From an uncultured candidate division Zixibacteria bacterium (GTDB lineage Bacteria; Zixibacteria; MSB-5A5; UBA10806): DNA of 64,000 nucleotides. Within the stretch, counting starts at the first letter, position 1. Each line of letters starts with the position of its first letter. Positions 63,935 through 64,000 of this stretch are shown here, in pieces. Location of the stretch: positions 160,001 to 224,000 of the forward strand of contig CAWFQL010000009.1 of the NCBI GenBank assembly GCA_963817915.1. Reading direction: 5' to 3'. Below the pieces are notes generated by a model. The model made no database searches. It was given only the letters and a program-made list of their open reading frames with translations, and was not told where the DNA came from. Both the position numbers and the translations under genes were made by a program.

Positions 63935-64000
63935 TTAGAATTCTTTTCCCGCTGGAAATTGGAAGTTCTTGGGGTAAGCCTGCCCTAATCGTTTATCGAT
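63935..64000 (-). CDS. 3' end of an unidentified gene entering from the window edge
   Basis: Open frame IDKRLGQAYPKNFQFPAGKEF-stop ending 4 nt before the mutL ATG. Confidence 0.4.
   Translation of the reverse strand: MDKRLGQAYPKNFQFPAGKEF

Overview
Bacterial chromosomal window (roughly 40-45% GC by eye). Proteins with T9SS/FlgD-like C-terminal tails, LVIVD repeats and Cys-rich dockerin-like tails suggest a diderm FCB-related lineage such as Zixibacteria (inference). Order: LPS-type methyltransferase and GT9; tRNA-Glu; a 13 kb locus of two TrmB regulators interleaved with four exported proteins, two of which share a near-identical dockerin-like tail and terminator; the complete F0F1 atp operon; gdhA; an exported nuclease; tRNA-Pro; a REP-palindrome-rich mixed region (rubrerythrin, LOG, acyP, apt, MenA-like, LepB with Ser->Ala at the nucleophile, SOD, queC with an in-frame REP insertion, a low-GC UvrD islet, tRNA-Arg); proS; the rimP-nusA-infB-rbfA-truB-ribF-rpsO-pnp cluster; leuS. 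A XerCD dif-like site at 52006-52033 sits exactly where gene orientation flips from + to -, marking the probable replication terminus. The minus-strand arm holds GH57, a TPR protein, a FadL-like OMP, tRNA-Arg, yfcE, an unannotated bS22, HU, sppA, mltD, miaA and mutL. About nine single-base indels, mostly in homopolymers, disrupt six genes and are probably sequencing errors. No CRISPR array, rRNA, transposase or prophage was seen.
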